Below are positions 46,991-63,774 of a DNA stretch of 64,000 bases, one piece after another. The notes under the pieces were generated by a model. That model made no database searches. It saw only the letters and a program-made list of their open reading frames with translations, and was not told where the DNA came from. The DNA is from the human T2T-CHM13v2.0 reference genome, Homo sapiens. The translations under genes and the position numbers were made by a program. The stretch lies in assembly GCF_009914755.1 (NCBI RefSeq), contig NC_060931.1. One strand, written 5' to 3'. Each line of letters opens with the position of its first letter. Positions within the stretch are counted from its first letter, which is position 1.

Positions 46991-47097
46991 TGCCATTTAG
47001 TGGTAAATTTCAAAAAGTCATCATCCTAACCTCAATAGTGCCGCTTGTCTCTATTGAGGTTAGGGTGGTGACTTTTTGAAATTTACCCCTAAAGGCA
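46991..47097 (+). repeat. Near-perfect 107-bp hairpin/palindrome
   Basis: Inner 37-bp stem 47002-47038 / 47051-47087 with 35 Watson-Crick and 2 G:U pairs (+ strand); 12-nt loop. Confidence 0.95.
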
Positions 47098-47121
47098 GGT
47101 GGCCAAAGAACAAGAGTGCAG

Positions 47122-47420
47122 TTTTTTTTTTCTTTTTTTTGTGACAGGGCCTTGCTCTGTTTCCCAGGTTTGAGTACAGTGCCAGAGTCACAGTTCACTG
47201 CAGCCTCAACCTCCAGGCTTAAGTGATCCTCCCACCTCAGTTTCCCCAGTAGTTGGGACTACAGGCATATGCCACCATGCTCAGCTAATTTTTGTATATT
47301 TTGTAGAGATGGGGTTTTGGCATGTTTCTCAGGCTGGTCCTGAACTCCTGAGATCAAGCAATCCACACACCGTGGCCTTCCAAAGTGCTGGGATTATAGG
47401 TGTGAGCCACCACACTCTGC
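47122..47420 (-). mobile_element. AluJ
   Basis: TSD AAGAGTGCAG(T/C)TTT. Confidence 0.9.
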
Positions 47421-47711
47421 AAGAGTGCAGCTTTGAGAGGTGGAATCTAGGAAGGCATCCCAGGTTATTAGAACGCAGGGAAATGGAGCTCGATACAGAG
47501 AATGCAGAGTCCCAAAGCCGAGTGCAATAGCAGGAAAGGAGAGCTGGGCTTTCCTGATGGGGAACAACTCCATGTTCAGCAGTGTAATGTGCACAGACGT
47601 GAAAAGGCAGAAAGAGACATGCCCCAGGAGGAGACAGCTGAAGCAGGTAACTCTAAGAAAATGAAGCAGTCTGGGGAGCCCAACCTAGTTTCTGGAGACT
47701 TAATTGCCTTA

Positions 47712-48216
<505 letters not shown>

Positions 48217-49894
48217 TTACCTGGTGCTTTCATACTGGTGCACGGGGCTTGTTTAGGAAACTGAATTCCAGGCTGTGCTAAGTGCCCCTCCCTTTCTTTC
48301 CATAGCCTCCTTTCTCAAAACTGGCCAGAGATGGAAATGATCTGTGTATGTTTCCATCACTATTCCGTGAATGCCTTTAGGGTACCACAGAACCCAGCAC
48401 ACAGTAGGTGCTCAATGAAAATCTCCTGAATGCTTGGTTTTTCCAAGGCTGGCTTTAGCAACAGTCATTGTCTACTTCTCAGGGCTGACTTGCTGAGTCA
48501 GGACCTCAGCCTCCTCATCTGTAAAGTGGTGGGGTTGGACCCAGTGACCCTGAGGGTCCATTTGAGCTCAAATGTCCTATGAGTCTATGATTTTTTGACT
48601 TCAGAGTCCAGAAATCTCTTGGATCATGTCCCCTAAGGAGATGCCAGGGTTCCTTTCCAGCTTGCAAACCTGTTTTTCAGCCACAGATGGGCCTCCAGGG
48701 CAGCAGGGAAGCCGGGAGCCAAGAGGCTGCCTTGTGCGAGTGAGCGATCTGTGCAAGGATGATTTGTGAGGGCAGAGCGGAGGGCAGCAGGGCTGGGGTT
48801 TCCCGGGGCTGCTGGCGCACTCCGACATCTGCTATTTTTCACTCCAGTGAGACTGATTTGCTCCAGATGGGCCCCTGCAGACTGTTTTTGGCTGTGCTGG
48901 GAAGTGTGGCGGCTGGCTGTGTTTCATCTCTGAGCCCTCTAAGAGACAGCAGAGCACGTGTTAACTGCTTCAGCTAAAAGGCCAGCAGATTCTACAAGAG
49001 GGCCCCAGTTCCAAATGATCCCTTCTGAGCAGATGGATTTTTATTTCCCTGAGGCATTACTCTCACTTCAAAGAAAGGTCTGCTCTGGATCTCATGGAGG
49101 AATACCTGGTTTGGTGGGCCTTAGTTAGGAAAAATCTTTCAACTGGAGGGAAGACTGTTTTATTGGGTTAAGTCAGATCTTTGGGTCAGTGTCTGTGGTT
49201 CTTCTCCAGCTAACAGAACTTTGACTTTACTGAAGGGGACCCTACCACCTTTCGTAGACTCAAGCTTTACTAGCAAGACCACTTTAGGAAGCTTCCTCTA
49301 TAAGCCTTAGCTGACTGAGCCCTTCCCTTGGGGGCCAAATCTGGTGACTTTCTGAGTCTTTATTTCACAAAGCTGCTTGACAGAGGATAAAGACTTCCTT
49401 GGCCAGGAGTCAGGAAACTTGGTTTGGAAGCATGAACCTGTTGCTTCCTGGCTGAGTGATCTTGGATGGGTTATTTGACTCTCCAGCACCTCCATTTCAT
49501 TTGTAACTTATGATGCTAGTATCTTTTCAAGGTCTGATGCTCATTGGGTCTATAATTTTCAGTTTTCTCAGAGATAAGCATTGCTGGGAGCAGTGGGGAC
49601 CAGCCTTTCTAAACATAAAGAATCTAGGGACAATGTCACAGTTTTTGCAAGACCCAAGGACAACTCTTATTTGCATGGACCTTTGTCAGGGCAACCCATA
49701 GATACACTGAGCAGTGGTGAGGGTCCTGGATTCTGACCTTGAGGGGCTCAGCCAACAGAGGTGGGCCAATGCGGACCCCTGTAGCACCTTTGGCCTGGGT
49801 GGTAGGTGAAGACTTGACTTCCACTGTGGGTTTTTCCTCCACTAACTTTACCAGATAGCTTTTTTTCCTTCTTTCTTTTTTTCCCCTATCTCCT

Positions 49895-50125
49895 TCATCC
49901 TAGTCCATTTGTGCTGCTAATGGACAATACAAAAATACCATAGATGAAGTGGCTTAAACAAAAAGCCATTCATTTCTCACAGCTCTGGAGACTGGAAATT
50001 GCTGGCAGATTCGGTGTCTGGTGCAGGCCTGGTTTCTGGTTCACAGATGGCTGCCTTCTGTGCATGACAGGGAGCAGAGAGCTCCCTGGGGTTTCATTTT
50101 TAAGGGCACTAATCCCATTCATGAG
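49895..50125 (-). mobile_element. MLT1A-like fragment
   Basis: TAGTCCATTTG.GCTGCT...AAAATACCATAGA...CTGGTTCACAGATGG...AAGGGCACTAATCCCATTCATGAGGG. Confidence 0.75.
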
Positions 50126-50344
50126 GGTTCAACAAAGTTGAACACACATAGGCTCTTACTAAATATTTAGATTTACATAGGAGCAAACCATCATGACTGA
50201 AAATGCTTTGAGATATTTGCAGGGAAAAAGGAAAAGAGAAAGGAGAGGGAAAGTTGAAGAGAGAAAAAGAAAGAGGGGAGGTATGGTAGATTCATACCGT
50301 GCCTGTTTAGCTAAGCTGGATTTATGTTTCTTGAAATCCCCTTC

Positions 50345-50750
50345 TGTTATGGTTTGAATGTGTCCCCCAAAAGTTCATGTATTGGAAAGTTGGTCCCCAG
50401 TGCAACAGCATTGAGAGGTGAGACCTTTGGGAGGTGATTGGGTCATGAGGGCTCTGCCTTCATGAATAGATTAATACATTAATGGATTATCAAGGGAGTG
50501 GGTTAGTTATCATGAGGGTAGGTCTGTTATAAAAAGCCATGTTGGCTGTCTCTTGTGAGCCCTTCTCACTCTGTGTTGCCTTCTGCCATGTTATGTTGCA
50601 GCACGAGGCCCTCATCAGAAGCCGGCCAGATGTATCTGCTGGATCTTGGACTTTCCAACCTCCAGAAGCCAAGCCAAAATAAACCTCTTTCCTTTTAAAA
50701 TTACTCAGTCTTGGGAATTCTGTTATAGCAACAGAAAACAAACTAAGACA
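50345..50750 (+). mobile_element. MST solo LTR
   Basis: TGTTATGGTTTGAATGTGTCCCCCAAAAGTTCATG...CTAAGACA; 5-bp TSD CCTTC. Confidence 0.9.
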
Positions 50751-52179
50751 CCTTCCCTGCTTAGTTCTGGCTTAACCTGGGCCTTAAGGGACATTGTACA
50801 TAATATTTGGAAGGTGGATGTGAAACAGCAGCCATATTCTTGATTCACTTGGAAGGTGAGTGCAGGCATGGGACTCTGTTGCGGCTCATGTGGGCTGGCA
50901 CTGATCTATGCTTCACCTAATTGGCTTCAGCTTCTCTGATTCCTGGGCCAGGTGTGCAATTGGCTCCATAAGGAAGGACACCTGCTTCTTTCTCCTTTGA
51001 TCAGCCCCATTATTGAAGGTGGAGACTTAGAGATGATGAGACACCAGTGCATGGTCCAGCCTATCCTTGTGGGTTGCAGATTGTTTTTGCTCTTTTCTAC
51101 TTTATGTTCATCTTCCCTTCCCACCCACCTACCCCATGGTCTTCTGCAGTAGCCACAGCAGCAACAGCTGGAGCATGGCCCAGGCATTGATTTTTCGAAA
51201 AAGCTCCCCATGGGCTCTGGGGGAACATTACCCATATGCCATATCTGGAGGGCAAAGAGAAAGAGGAAAGGAGGAAGTGGTTAGAGATGGTGGCTGGGAT
51301 TTCTAAGAGCTGGAGGATAAAATGTGAGAGTCAAGGAGAGGGATTCAGGGTTGAGTCCAGGGATGGAGAATATGTTGGGTCCACTCCTTTTTGGAGGACT
51401 TAAGGACCCCGTGGGTTGTGTAGCATACCCCTCTGCTACTCCTTAAGAGGAAAAAGGCAATTTCTGATACCAACAAGCAGAGCAGGGGAATTGCCACATG
51501 CCACTTTGGATCATCATAAATGGTATCTTTGTGTTTTTCTCCATGCCGTGGCAGGAAATCTGAGATGACTCTGACAAGAGTTTTCAGACTTTCTAGCAGG
51601 TAAAAATGGTGTTGTTGCAGAATACTGGGAAGGAGACCGTATTCCCTCTTTGTTAATGTGTACAGCATCCTGAGGTCAAAGATGGATACTTGGCTCAGCA
51701 GGATAGAGGATTACAGCCTCCAATGTCAGCTAGTTGCTAACTGCTTTTGGGGACTCATGCTGTTCCTGGCTTTTACTGTTCCAAAGGACAACAGTGTGTC
51801 TATAAGTGAGGTCCTTTGGGTCAGAGCTGGGGGATATAAGCAAGGCTGGAACTTTGGGGGAAAAACCAAACTGGACGTTTCCACGAAAAGGAAAGCTCCA
51901 ACTGATTTTAAGAGCTTGAGGATAAATGCAATGCCACTCAAACCTCACAGCATCAATGTATTAATGGATAGACTGGGACCCAAAAGCCCACAGTGAGTAA
52001 GGATGAGCTAACACAAATTGTTGGGTTGCTTCCTTAGAAAACCCCCGGATATTAGATCAATTTTATAGATAAGGAAACTGAGGTATGGAGTGGTTAAGGA
52101 ACTCATTTGATGTCACACAGTAAGTGGCATGGCTGGGATCTAAACTAAGTCATCTGGGTCCAAGGTTCACACTTTTTGT

Positions 52180-52470
52180 TTCCTTTCCTTTCCTTTCCTT
52201 CTTTTCTCCCTCTTCCTCCCTTTTCCTTCCTTCATTCCTTCCTTCCTTCCTCCCTCTCTCCCCTCCCCCTCCCCTCCCTCCCTTTTTCCCTCCCTCCCTC
52301 CTTCTTCTCTCCTTCCTTCTTCCTTCCTTCCTCCCTCCCTCCTTCCCGCCTTCTTCCTTCCTTCCTTTTTCCCTCCCTCCCTCCTTCTTCCCTCCCTTCC
52401 TTCCTTCCTTTTTCCCTCCTTCCCTTCTCCCTTCCTCCCTCCCTCCCTCCTTTCTTCCTTCCTTCTTCTC
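52180..52470. repeat. CT-rich (CCTT/CCCT)n low-complexity tract
   Basis: ~290 bp almost purely pyrimidine. Confidence 0.95.
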
Positions 52471-53179
52471 TCTGGTATTTGCATATGTTTTAACATAATT
52501 AAGCATATTATAAATCCAGCATGAAGAGTTATGGAAAGAAAGAAAAGAAAAAATTTCACATTCACAATCCCAGACTCTAATATACTCTTAAAATGTTTAT
52601 ATCTTTTTTTTCCTGTGCACACTTTTAGAATGGTGGCCATTTGAACTTAGATACTATATTGCAAGTATTTTGATTTTTTCACTTAATCTTTGTATTAATA
52701 ATAATCTTTTGCATTTTCTTACACTCTTCTTATCTTTAGGTTTATTAGGCAGTGTGCTAAGAACTGGGAATCCCAAAGAGAGGAAGAGAGGAAAGCCCCA
52801 GTCCTCATGGAGCTGCCTACCTACTGGGGAATTGAACGAAGTTATAATATAGAGTCCCCATAAGAATTTACATTTCCCAGGTTTTCTCATTACCCTTGGT
52901 GCAAAGTCATGAAGCTGCATTCTACACCATTTATTGTTTTGGACCATATCCTACTCTTACTTGTTTTCTCTGATACTTGCCAGCCCTTGAGTTGTCTTTG
53001 TTGCTCTTGTCAGATTCTCTAGAGTCAACACATCTCTCAAGCTGAGGTCTCAGTCACTTTCCACTTGCCTGTTTTTCCTTTGTATCATAACAGGCTTTAA
53101 AAAAGGCTTTCGGCCTTACTTTGAAAGCTGTGTCTTTTTGCTTTCTTTATTCACTAATCCATCTCTCTCTCCTTCTCTT

Positions 53180-53466
53180 TTCTTTATTTTTTGAGACACA
53201 GTTTCAGTCTGTTGCCCAGGCTGAAGTGCAGTGGGGCGATCTCGGCTCACTGCAGCCTCCGCTTCCCAGGTTCAAATGATTCTAGTGCCTCAGCCTCCTG
53301 AGTAGCTGGGATTACAGGCACCCGGCACCATGCCCAGCTAATTTTTGTATTTTTAGTAGAGATGGGGTTTCACCATGTTGGCCAGGATGTTCTCAAATTC
53401 CTCGCCTCTAGTGATCTGCTCACCTTGGCCTCCCAAAGTGCTGGGATTACAGGCATAAGCCCAGCC
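53180..53466 (-). mobile_element. Alu
   Basis: Antisense dimer; flanking TCCATCTCTCT repeat. Confidence 0.95.
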
Positions 53467-53697
53467 TCCATCTCTCTTTTAGAACTCTGCTATGTAATAA
53501 CAATTGTTTTAAATGTATTTTTATATAATGACATGAAGAAAAGTACAACATAGTTGTACATAAAATATTTAATCCCCTTTTGTTGGGCACTTAGATCGTG
53601 CCCCTTTTCCTCCATGATTTATAATGTGGTGGGGAACATCTTCCATGAATGCCATTGTCCTTTCCATTCACTGCATTCTCACCTTCCCTCCTTAAAA

Positions 53698-54246
53698 CAG
53701 ACATCCTCAATCCCTGAGCCACGGGTTGGTACTGATCCGTGGCCTGTTAGGAACTGGGTTGCGCAGCAGGAGATGAGCAGCAGGCAAGTGAGCAAAGCTT
53801 CATCTGTATTCACAGCTGCTTCCCATCACTCTCATTACTGCCTGAACTCCATCTCCTGTCAGATTAGTGGCAGCATTTGAGTCTCATCTGAGCATGAACC
53901 CTATTGTGAACTGCACATGTGCGAGGGATCTGGGTTGCATGCTGCTTATGAAAATCTAATGCCTGATGATCTGTTGCTGTCTCCCATCACCCCCAGATGG
54001 GACTCTCTAGTTGCAGGAAAACAAGCTCAGCACTCCCACTGATTCTACATGATGGTGAGTTGTAGAATTATTTCATTATATATTACAATGTAATAATAAT
54101 AGAAATAAAATGCACAATAAATGTAATGCAGTTGAGTCATCCCCAAACCACCCCCCCCTCCGCCCAACCACCCCACTGAATTGGTACTTGGGAAAATTGT
54201 CTTCCATGAAGCTGGTCCCTGGTGTCACAAAGGTTGGGGACTGCTG
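53698..54246 (+). mobile_element. MER1A hAT-Charlie fossil
   Basis: CCGTGGCCTGTTAGGAAC...GGTTGGGGACTGCTG; perfect 8-bp TSD CCTTAAAA. Confidence 0.9.
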
Positions 54247-54915
54247 CCTTAAAACATTCTGCCTTTTAACTTCTTTGTGGCCAAATCCAGTAGGCCTTTG
54301 TCCATGTTCATCTCACTTTACCTGTCTGCAGCGCTGAGCACTTTCTCCTTCTCAGCACACTTTTTCTTCTTGGCTTCTGTGGCGTGTTCTTACCTGGTTC
54401 AAGCTGAGCTATTTTTTCTCACTCTTCCACCACTTCCTCTCTAGCAGCTCCTTAGCATGGGTGCCCCCTTTTGCCTCCCTGCTCTCCAATCTCCTAACTG
54501 TGCATGTGTGCTTTGGGCAATCAGGTCCACTTTGATGCCTTAAACTGACATCCATTTGTTGATTCCGACTCTATATTTCTGACCTTGACCTGCAAGCTTA
54601 TATAGTAGTGATATTGGTCTAAGTCATACTCATTTTAGGACCTGATCTTCAATGAGCCTAATTCAGCCACGTACTGTTCTAAGCACTTTCTATGTGTCAT
54701 TTAACTTGATCCATGAACTCCTTTGTAGCACTTATTATTATTGTCGTTATTTAAGGAAAGTGGAGTCTCTTCGATGTCCTCACCTGAATGTTCTACAAAT
54801 CAAGACCTATCACTTCTACTTCCTTCATATATCCTGAGTTCTCCTTCTTCCCATCTCCATCTGCCCCATCTGTGGTTTGGACTCTAATACCTCTCTCCTT
54901 GACAACTGTAGCATC

Positions 54916-55322
54916 CCTCTCTCCCTTCCCTTTCCTTCCTTCCTTCCTTCCTTCCTTCCTTCCTTCCTTCCTTCCTTCCTTCCTCCCTCCCTCCCTCCCT
55001 CCCCCCTCCCCCCTCCGCCCTTTCCCCTTCCCTTTCCCTTCCCCTTCCCTCACTCTGTAGCCCAGGCTGGAGTACCATGGCACTATCTCAGCTCACTGTA
55101 ACCTCTGGCTCCGGGGTTCAAGTGACTCTCCTGCCTCAGCCTCCTGAGTAGCTGGGACTACAGGCACGTGCCACCACGCACAGCTAATTTTTTTGTATTT
55201 TAGTAGAGATGGGGTTTCACCATGCTGTCCAAGGTGTTCTCAAACTCCTGAGCTCAGGAGTTTCACCCGCCTCAGCCTCCCAAAGTGCTGGGATTACAGG
55301 CATGAGCTGCTGTGCCTGGCCG
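54916..55322 (-). mobile_element. Alu with (CCTT)n tail, within L2 remnants
   Basis: TSD GACAA(C/T)TGTAGCATC at 54901 and 55323. Confidence 0.9.
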
Positions 55323-55587
55323 GACAATTGTAGCATCTTTCTAACATCCTACAGTCCCAAACTCTTCTGCAAGTATCCTTATTGTACCAGATTGACCCTC
55401 CTAAAGTAAAATACCATCTGTCTGCCCAGCTTGGACCAAAACTTAGGATGAAAGCATTTTCCCCTTGTCTTCTGTCTCTTGTCTTCAGCACAGATTTGTG
55501 CACTGCCCTCACCAAATGCATTGCATATTTCCACTTAGTTTTGCCATCATCTTCCAGCCACCCTTCCTGGGGCTATATCTGCCATGA

Positions 55588-56085
<498 letters not shown>

Positions 56086-56796
56086 TAAGTCCAGTTTTGA
56101 GAAGGACATCCCGTGTATTTTGCAGAAAAAACTAGAGTGGGCTGATGTGCACACAGCCAGCTGAAGCTCGTCCAGCCCTTGGACCCAGAACTCATAATCT
56201 GGGCCAAGACATGGTGTTCACATTCCTTGAATGCTGGTCAGTTACCATGCCCCACAATCCTTGCTCAGGGTCGGGGAGGCAGCGGGGGACTCGCCTGGCC
56301 AGCCATTGCATTTCAGGAAAGGCAGACTCAGAGAATAAGCAGGGCAGGCCCCAGGCTTGACAGGAAGATTCTGGGGAGTAGAAAGACTTTGGGAAAGCAT
56401 TCCTGGGTGTGATTAAAACAGCATGTTCCTTTGAAAACAGAAGAGAGCAGCCACTGTTCCCCGGTGTTTGCTCAGAGCCTGAGTGACCCAGGCAGTTTCT
56501 TTCCATTTGCTTGATGGGCTGTGATGACAGCACTTGCAGCCACTGAGCCGGCACAGGCTGGTTGTAAGTCACAGGGGTTGCCCATTCCAGGAGGAGAAAA
56601 GAGTTTCAAATTTCCACCAAGAAAGAATCTGTCAATGTCTTTCAGAAACCCCAGGCTGTGAGAAGTGTGGCCATGTGCTTTCCCCTCCAGCCAACCAGAG
56701 AAAGGCCAAAAGTAAAAGGACCTGATAAAATCACCCCATTGTCTTTTAGGAAGAAGTTTGTTTTAAGTAACACCCTTAAACTTGTTCAAATAAGTC

Positions 56797-57730
<934 letters not shown>

Positions 57731-58145
57731 AGAAAAGATTACCCAAGATTTATACAGAAACATACTCGGCACAGGGTTTTATCATAGCAAGAACAACAAA
57801 ACAGTATACACATGCACACATACAGACACAGAAACATATTAAATATACAATTATAGGGACAAACTTAATGTAAGTACACGCATGTTGAACTCTGCTTAGC
57901 CACTTAAAAAGCATATTTTCCAGGAAATATGAGAGACCTAGAAAAATGCTCATACTACAAAATTAAGCACATAAAACACATATATATATGAATAGAAGAA
58001 AAATAGAAATATTCTCAAATATCAATAATTTCTAAGAAACAGGATTACGAGTGGTTTTTAAAATGTTATTTGTTATACTTTTATGTACATTCAAACATTT
58101 TCAACACCATATGCTGAGGTTATAGTCTATTAAAAAAAGACATTA

Positions 58146-58511
<366 letters not shown>

Positions 58512-58654
58512 TCAGGAAATGAGATTCACCCCATGGGTCATGTGCACATGTTTGTTCTATTAGGAATGAAGGAACAAGAGGACCAGGGTTACTGGGCACA
58601 AGCAAATAATCACACAAGAAACTTGAGACATTATGACTGTCTTTGGATATCTGA

Positions 58655-59283
<629 letters not shown>

Positions 59284-59374
59284 ATTGGAGCAGGAGCTTG
59301 CAAAAAGGGGTGTGTTCCATGCTATGCCCCCCGACCTCTGCCTACTATAATTGTTAGTTGTAGTTGGCCGAATG

Positions 59375-59960
59375 GCACCGCCCCAAGCCAGAAATCTGGG
59401 ATCATCCTTGTTTGATTTCTCTGCCCCACCCAATTGATCTCCAAGTGCATCTTTTAAATGGTCTTAAGAAATGTCTTCTACATCTCCATTGCTTTATTTC
59501 AGGAAACCCTCATCTCCTGACTGGGCTATTGAAAAGATTCCCGGTTTTCCCTCTTTCAATTTGAGCTTATCGCTACAGCCAGACCATTCTTTCTGAAATG
59601 CAAATCTCCTGCTATACCCTTACTTAAAACCCCTTCATGGCTCCCCATTGCTTTCAAGATGGAATCCAAACTCAACCTGGTTTACAAAGTCCTTCTCAAT
59701 TTAACCCGAGTTTCTCAGCCTCATCTCTCCAACCTTTGCCTCACGCCCTTTGCTCTCCTTGCCACTCAAGTCTCCTAACTGATCCCTGAAATTGGCAGGC
59801 CCTTTCAACCCCCATGCCCCTATTCCATCGCCTTCCTCTTCTCCATCTGGGAAATTCTTTTCATCCCTTTGGAGTCAGCTCACTGTCGTCCCCCACCAAG
59901 CAGAACACATGTTCCCCTTCACTGCGTTTCCTTAAAACCACACAGTGCTTCTGTTCACAT
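59375..59960 (+). mobile_element. L2 fragment
   Basis: CCCAAGCCAGAAA.CTGG...CATCCTTG; TCTGAAATGCAAATC...CTTAAAACCCCT.CATGGCTCCCCATTGC. Confidence 0.7.
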
Positions 59961-60039
59961 TCATGATCAGTTGTTGGTGGCTCTCCTAAATGCTTTGGTT
60001 CAGAGGAATCTAAGGGTACTTCTCAGTTATGGGAGATGA

Positions 60040-60500
60040 GTCAGGATGTTTGTTATTATTGCAGTATAATAAATGACCCCTAAACTTAAAAGCTTAAAAT
60101 GATAATAATGATTTAGTTTGCTCATGAGTTTGAAGTTTGAGCAGGACTTAATGGAGACAGCTGTATCTGCTTCATATGGCATTAGCTCGGAAGATGGACT
60201 GAGTGGATCAGCTGGAATATCCACTTCCAAGATGGTGCACTCACATGGCTGGCAAGCTGGTGCTGGCTGGCTGTTGGCTGGGAACTCTTGTCTGGGGGTC
60301 TCAGCTCCTCTCCACATGGGAGTCTCACAGGGCTTCTTGGGCTTTCTGGTAGGGTGGTGGCTGCATTCCAAGAGTGTTTCAAGAGTCCTTGGAGGAAGCC
60401 ACTTCTGCCACATTTAACTGATCAAGCAAGTTACTAAGGCCAGTCCAGATCCAAGGGGAGGGGAAGTAGAATCCACCTTTCAATGGGAAGAGTTACAAAA
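60040..60500 (-). mobile_element. Old MLT1 (MLT1F-J class) LTR
   Basis: GGCTGGCAAG.TGGTGCTGGCTG...TCAGCTCCTCTCCACATGGG...CCAGATCCAAGGGGAGGG. Confidence 0.7.
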
Positions 60501-60897
60501 AAAGTTTCCCTGGACATTAAAGAGGATAGGGGTGTCACAAATAATGGCCTATTTTCTAATTTTTTTCTAACCAACAAAAGTAATCTCACAGTAGGATAGT
60601 ATGGATGTTCTTGAGATTGCAGAAATATTAAAGCCCTAGAGCCAATGTGTTGGATCTTGCAGTTGGAATGAGTTGCCTGGGAAGGCCTTCAGCTGCCCAC
60701 CAGGATAGGTGGACAAACATGGGTTGGCAACTGCTTTGTGGAGATGTTGTAGAGAGCAGTCAAGCTTCAATGGGATTGGCTTGAGGAAAAGGAAATATAT
60801 TTAGTTATATTTATTAGTTGCCTGTGAATAACTATTGTCATAACACTAGCCTGGTGTTCCCATCTCCAATTATTAGGCTCGGGGATTGAGCAGAGAC

Positions 60898-62014
<1,117 letters not shown>

Positions 62015-62026
62015 TAGAAAATTCCA

Positions 62027-62338
62027 GGCTGGACACCCTGTCTCATGCCTGTAATCCCAGCACTTTGGGATTCCAAAGTGAGAGGATCACTTGAGGCCAG
62101 GAGTTCGAGACCAGCCTGGGTAACATAGTGAGACCCCATCTCTACCAAACAAAACAAATCAAAACAAAACAAAAAATTAGTGGGACATGATGATGCATGC
62201 CTGTGGCCCCAGCTACTTGGGAGGCTGAGGTGGAAGGATGGCTTGAGCCCAGGATTTTGAGACCCAAATGAGCTATGATTGCACCCTACCCTCCAGCCTG
62301 GGCAACAGAGCAAGACCCTATCTCAAAAAAAAAATATA

Positions 62339-62391
<53 letters not shown>
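62027..62391 (+). mobile_element. AluJ followed by (TA)n
   Basis: Sense dimer; (TA) run ~62347-62390. Confidence 0.9.
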
Positions 62392-62393
<2 letters not shown>

Positions 62394-62949
62394 CAGCATT
62401 TGATGAGGAGCTGACTTTTAAAAATCCTTCTGAGGCAGGGAGCAGGCGGGGTTACAGCCGGTCTGCGTACTGGTTTTGAATGTAACTCTGAACCACCTGG
62501 CATATATTTTCTGCACAAATTGGCATCTTTGCTGGCCCTGGAGAATGAAGCATGATCTTCAAGCAACCCAAACCTCCCACATACGTATCTGAGTTCCCAG
62601 GGCACATCCAGGTCCCTTAATAATCTCGCTCTTTTTTTTTTTTTTTCACATGTAGCTCTCCCTGTTTAATGTGTAGTTCTCACTCCTTCCTACACACTCC
62701 CCCTGCTCTTTCAAGTCAAGTTTAAGGGTTTTCTCCCCTGTGGATATCCCTTATTACCCCAGCCAGAGTGAGGGCTCCTTTTGTGCTCACCCCACCCTTG
62801 GCCCATGTATCTGAGTTAACACCTATGACATGTAATTATCCTTAGGATTTTCTACCTCTCTGTCTCAAAAAACTATAGGCAGCGACTATCTCTTATTCTG
62901 CTCCAAATCCTTACTTCCTCGCACAGTGTGGGAACTTCATCAGTGTTCT

Positions 62950-63567
<618 letters not shown>

Positions 63568-63603
63568 TGATGTTTTTAAATGAATGATCCCGTCAAACCC
63601 TAA

Positions 63604-63710
63604 CCCTAGCAGCAGTATCTGATAGCGGTGAAGCCCTAAGCCTATTGTTAGGGTTTTACAGATAAACAGTGGGGTGAGGGCTTTACTGCTATCCGGTACT
63701 GCTGCTTGGG
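63604..63710 (+). repeat. Imperfect 107-bp hairpin
   Basis: 46-nt arms 63604-63649 / 63665-63710, 37/46 complementary, no indels; 15-nt loop. Confidence 0.85.
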
Positions 63711-63774
63711 AACATCTCTCTCTCTTGCTCTCTAATCTCTATTTGTCTTCTTGAACCAGTAACTCATTGCCAGT

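Noticed and set aside
51345-51996. ~110-aa ORFs in apparently unique sequence
   Set aside because: No recognisable domain. The region may be decayed ERVL-internal sequence, but I cannot support either call by eye.
63595-63656. Interstitial telomeric repeat (CCCTAA/TTAGGG)
   Set aside because: Only one to two hexamers per site; too few for an interstitial telomeric sequence. Treated as part of the hairpin finding.
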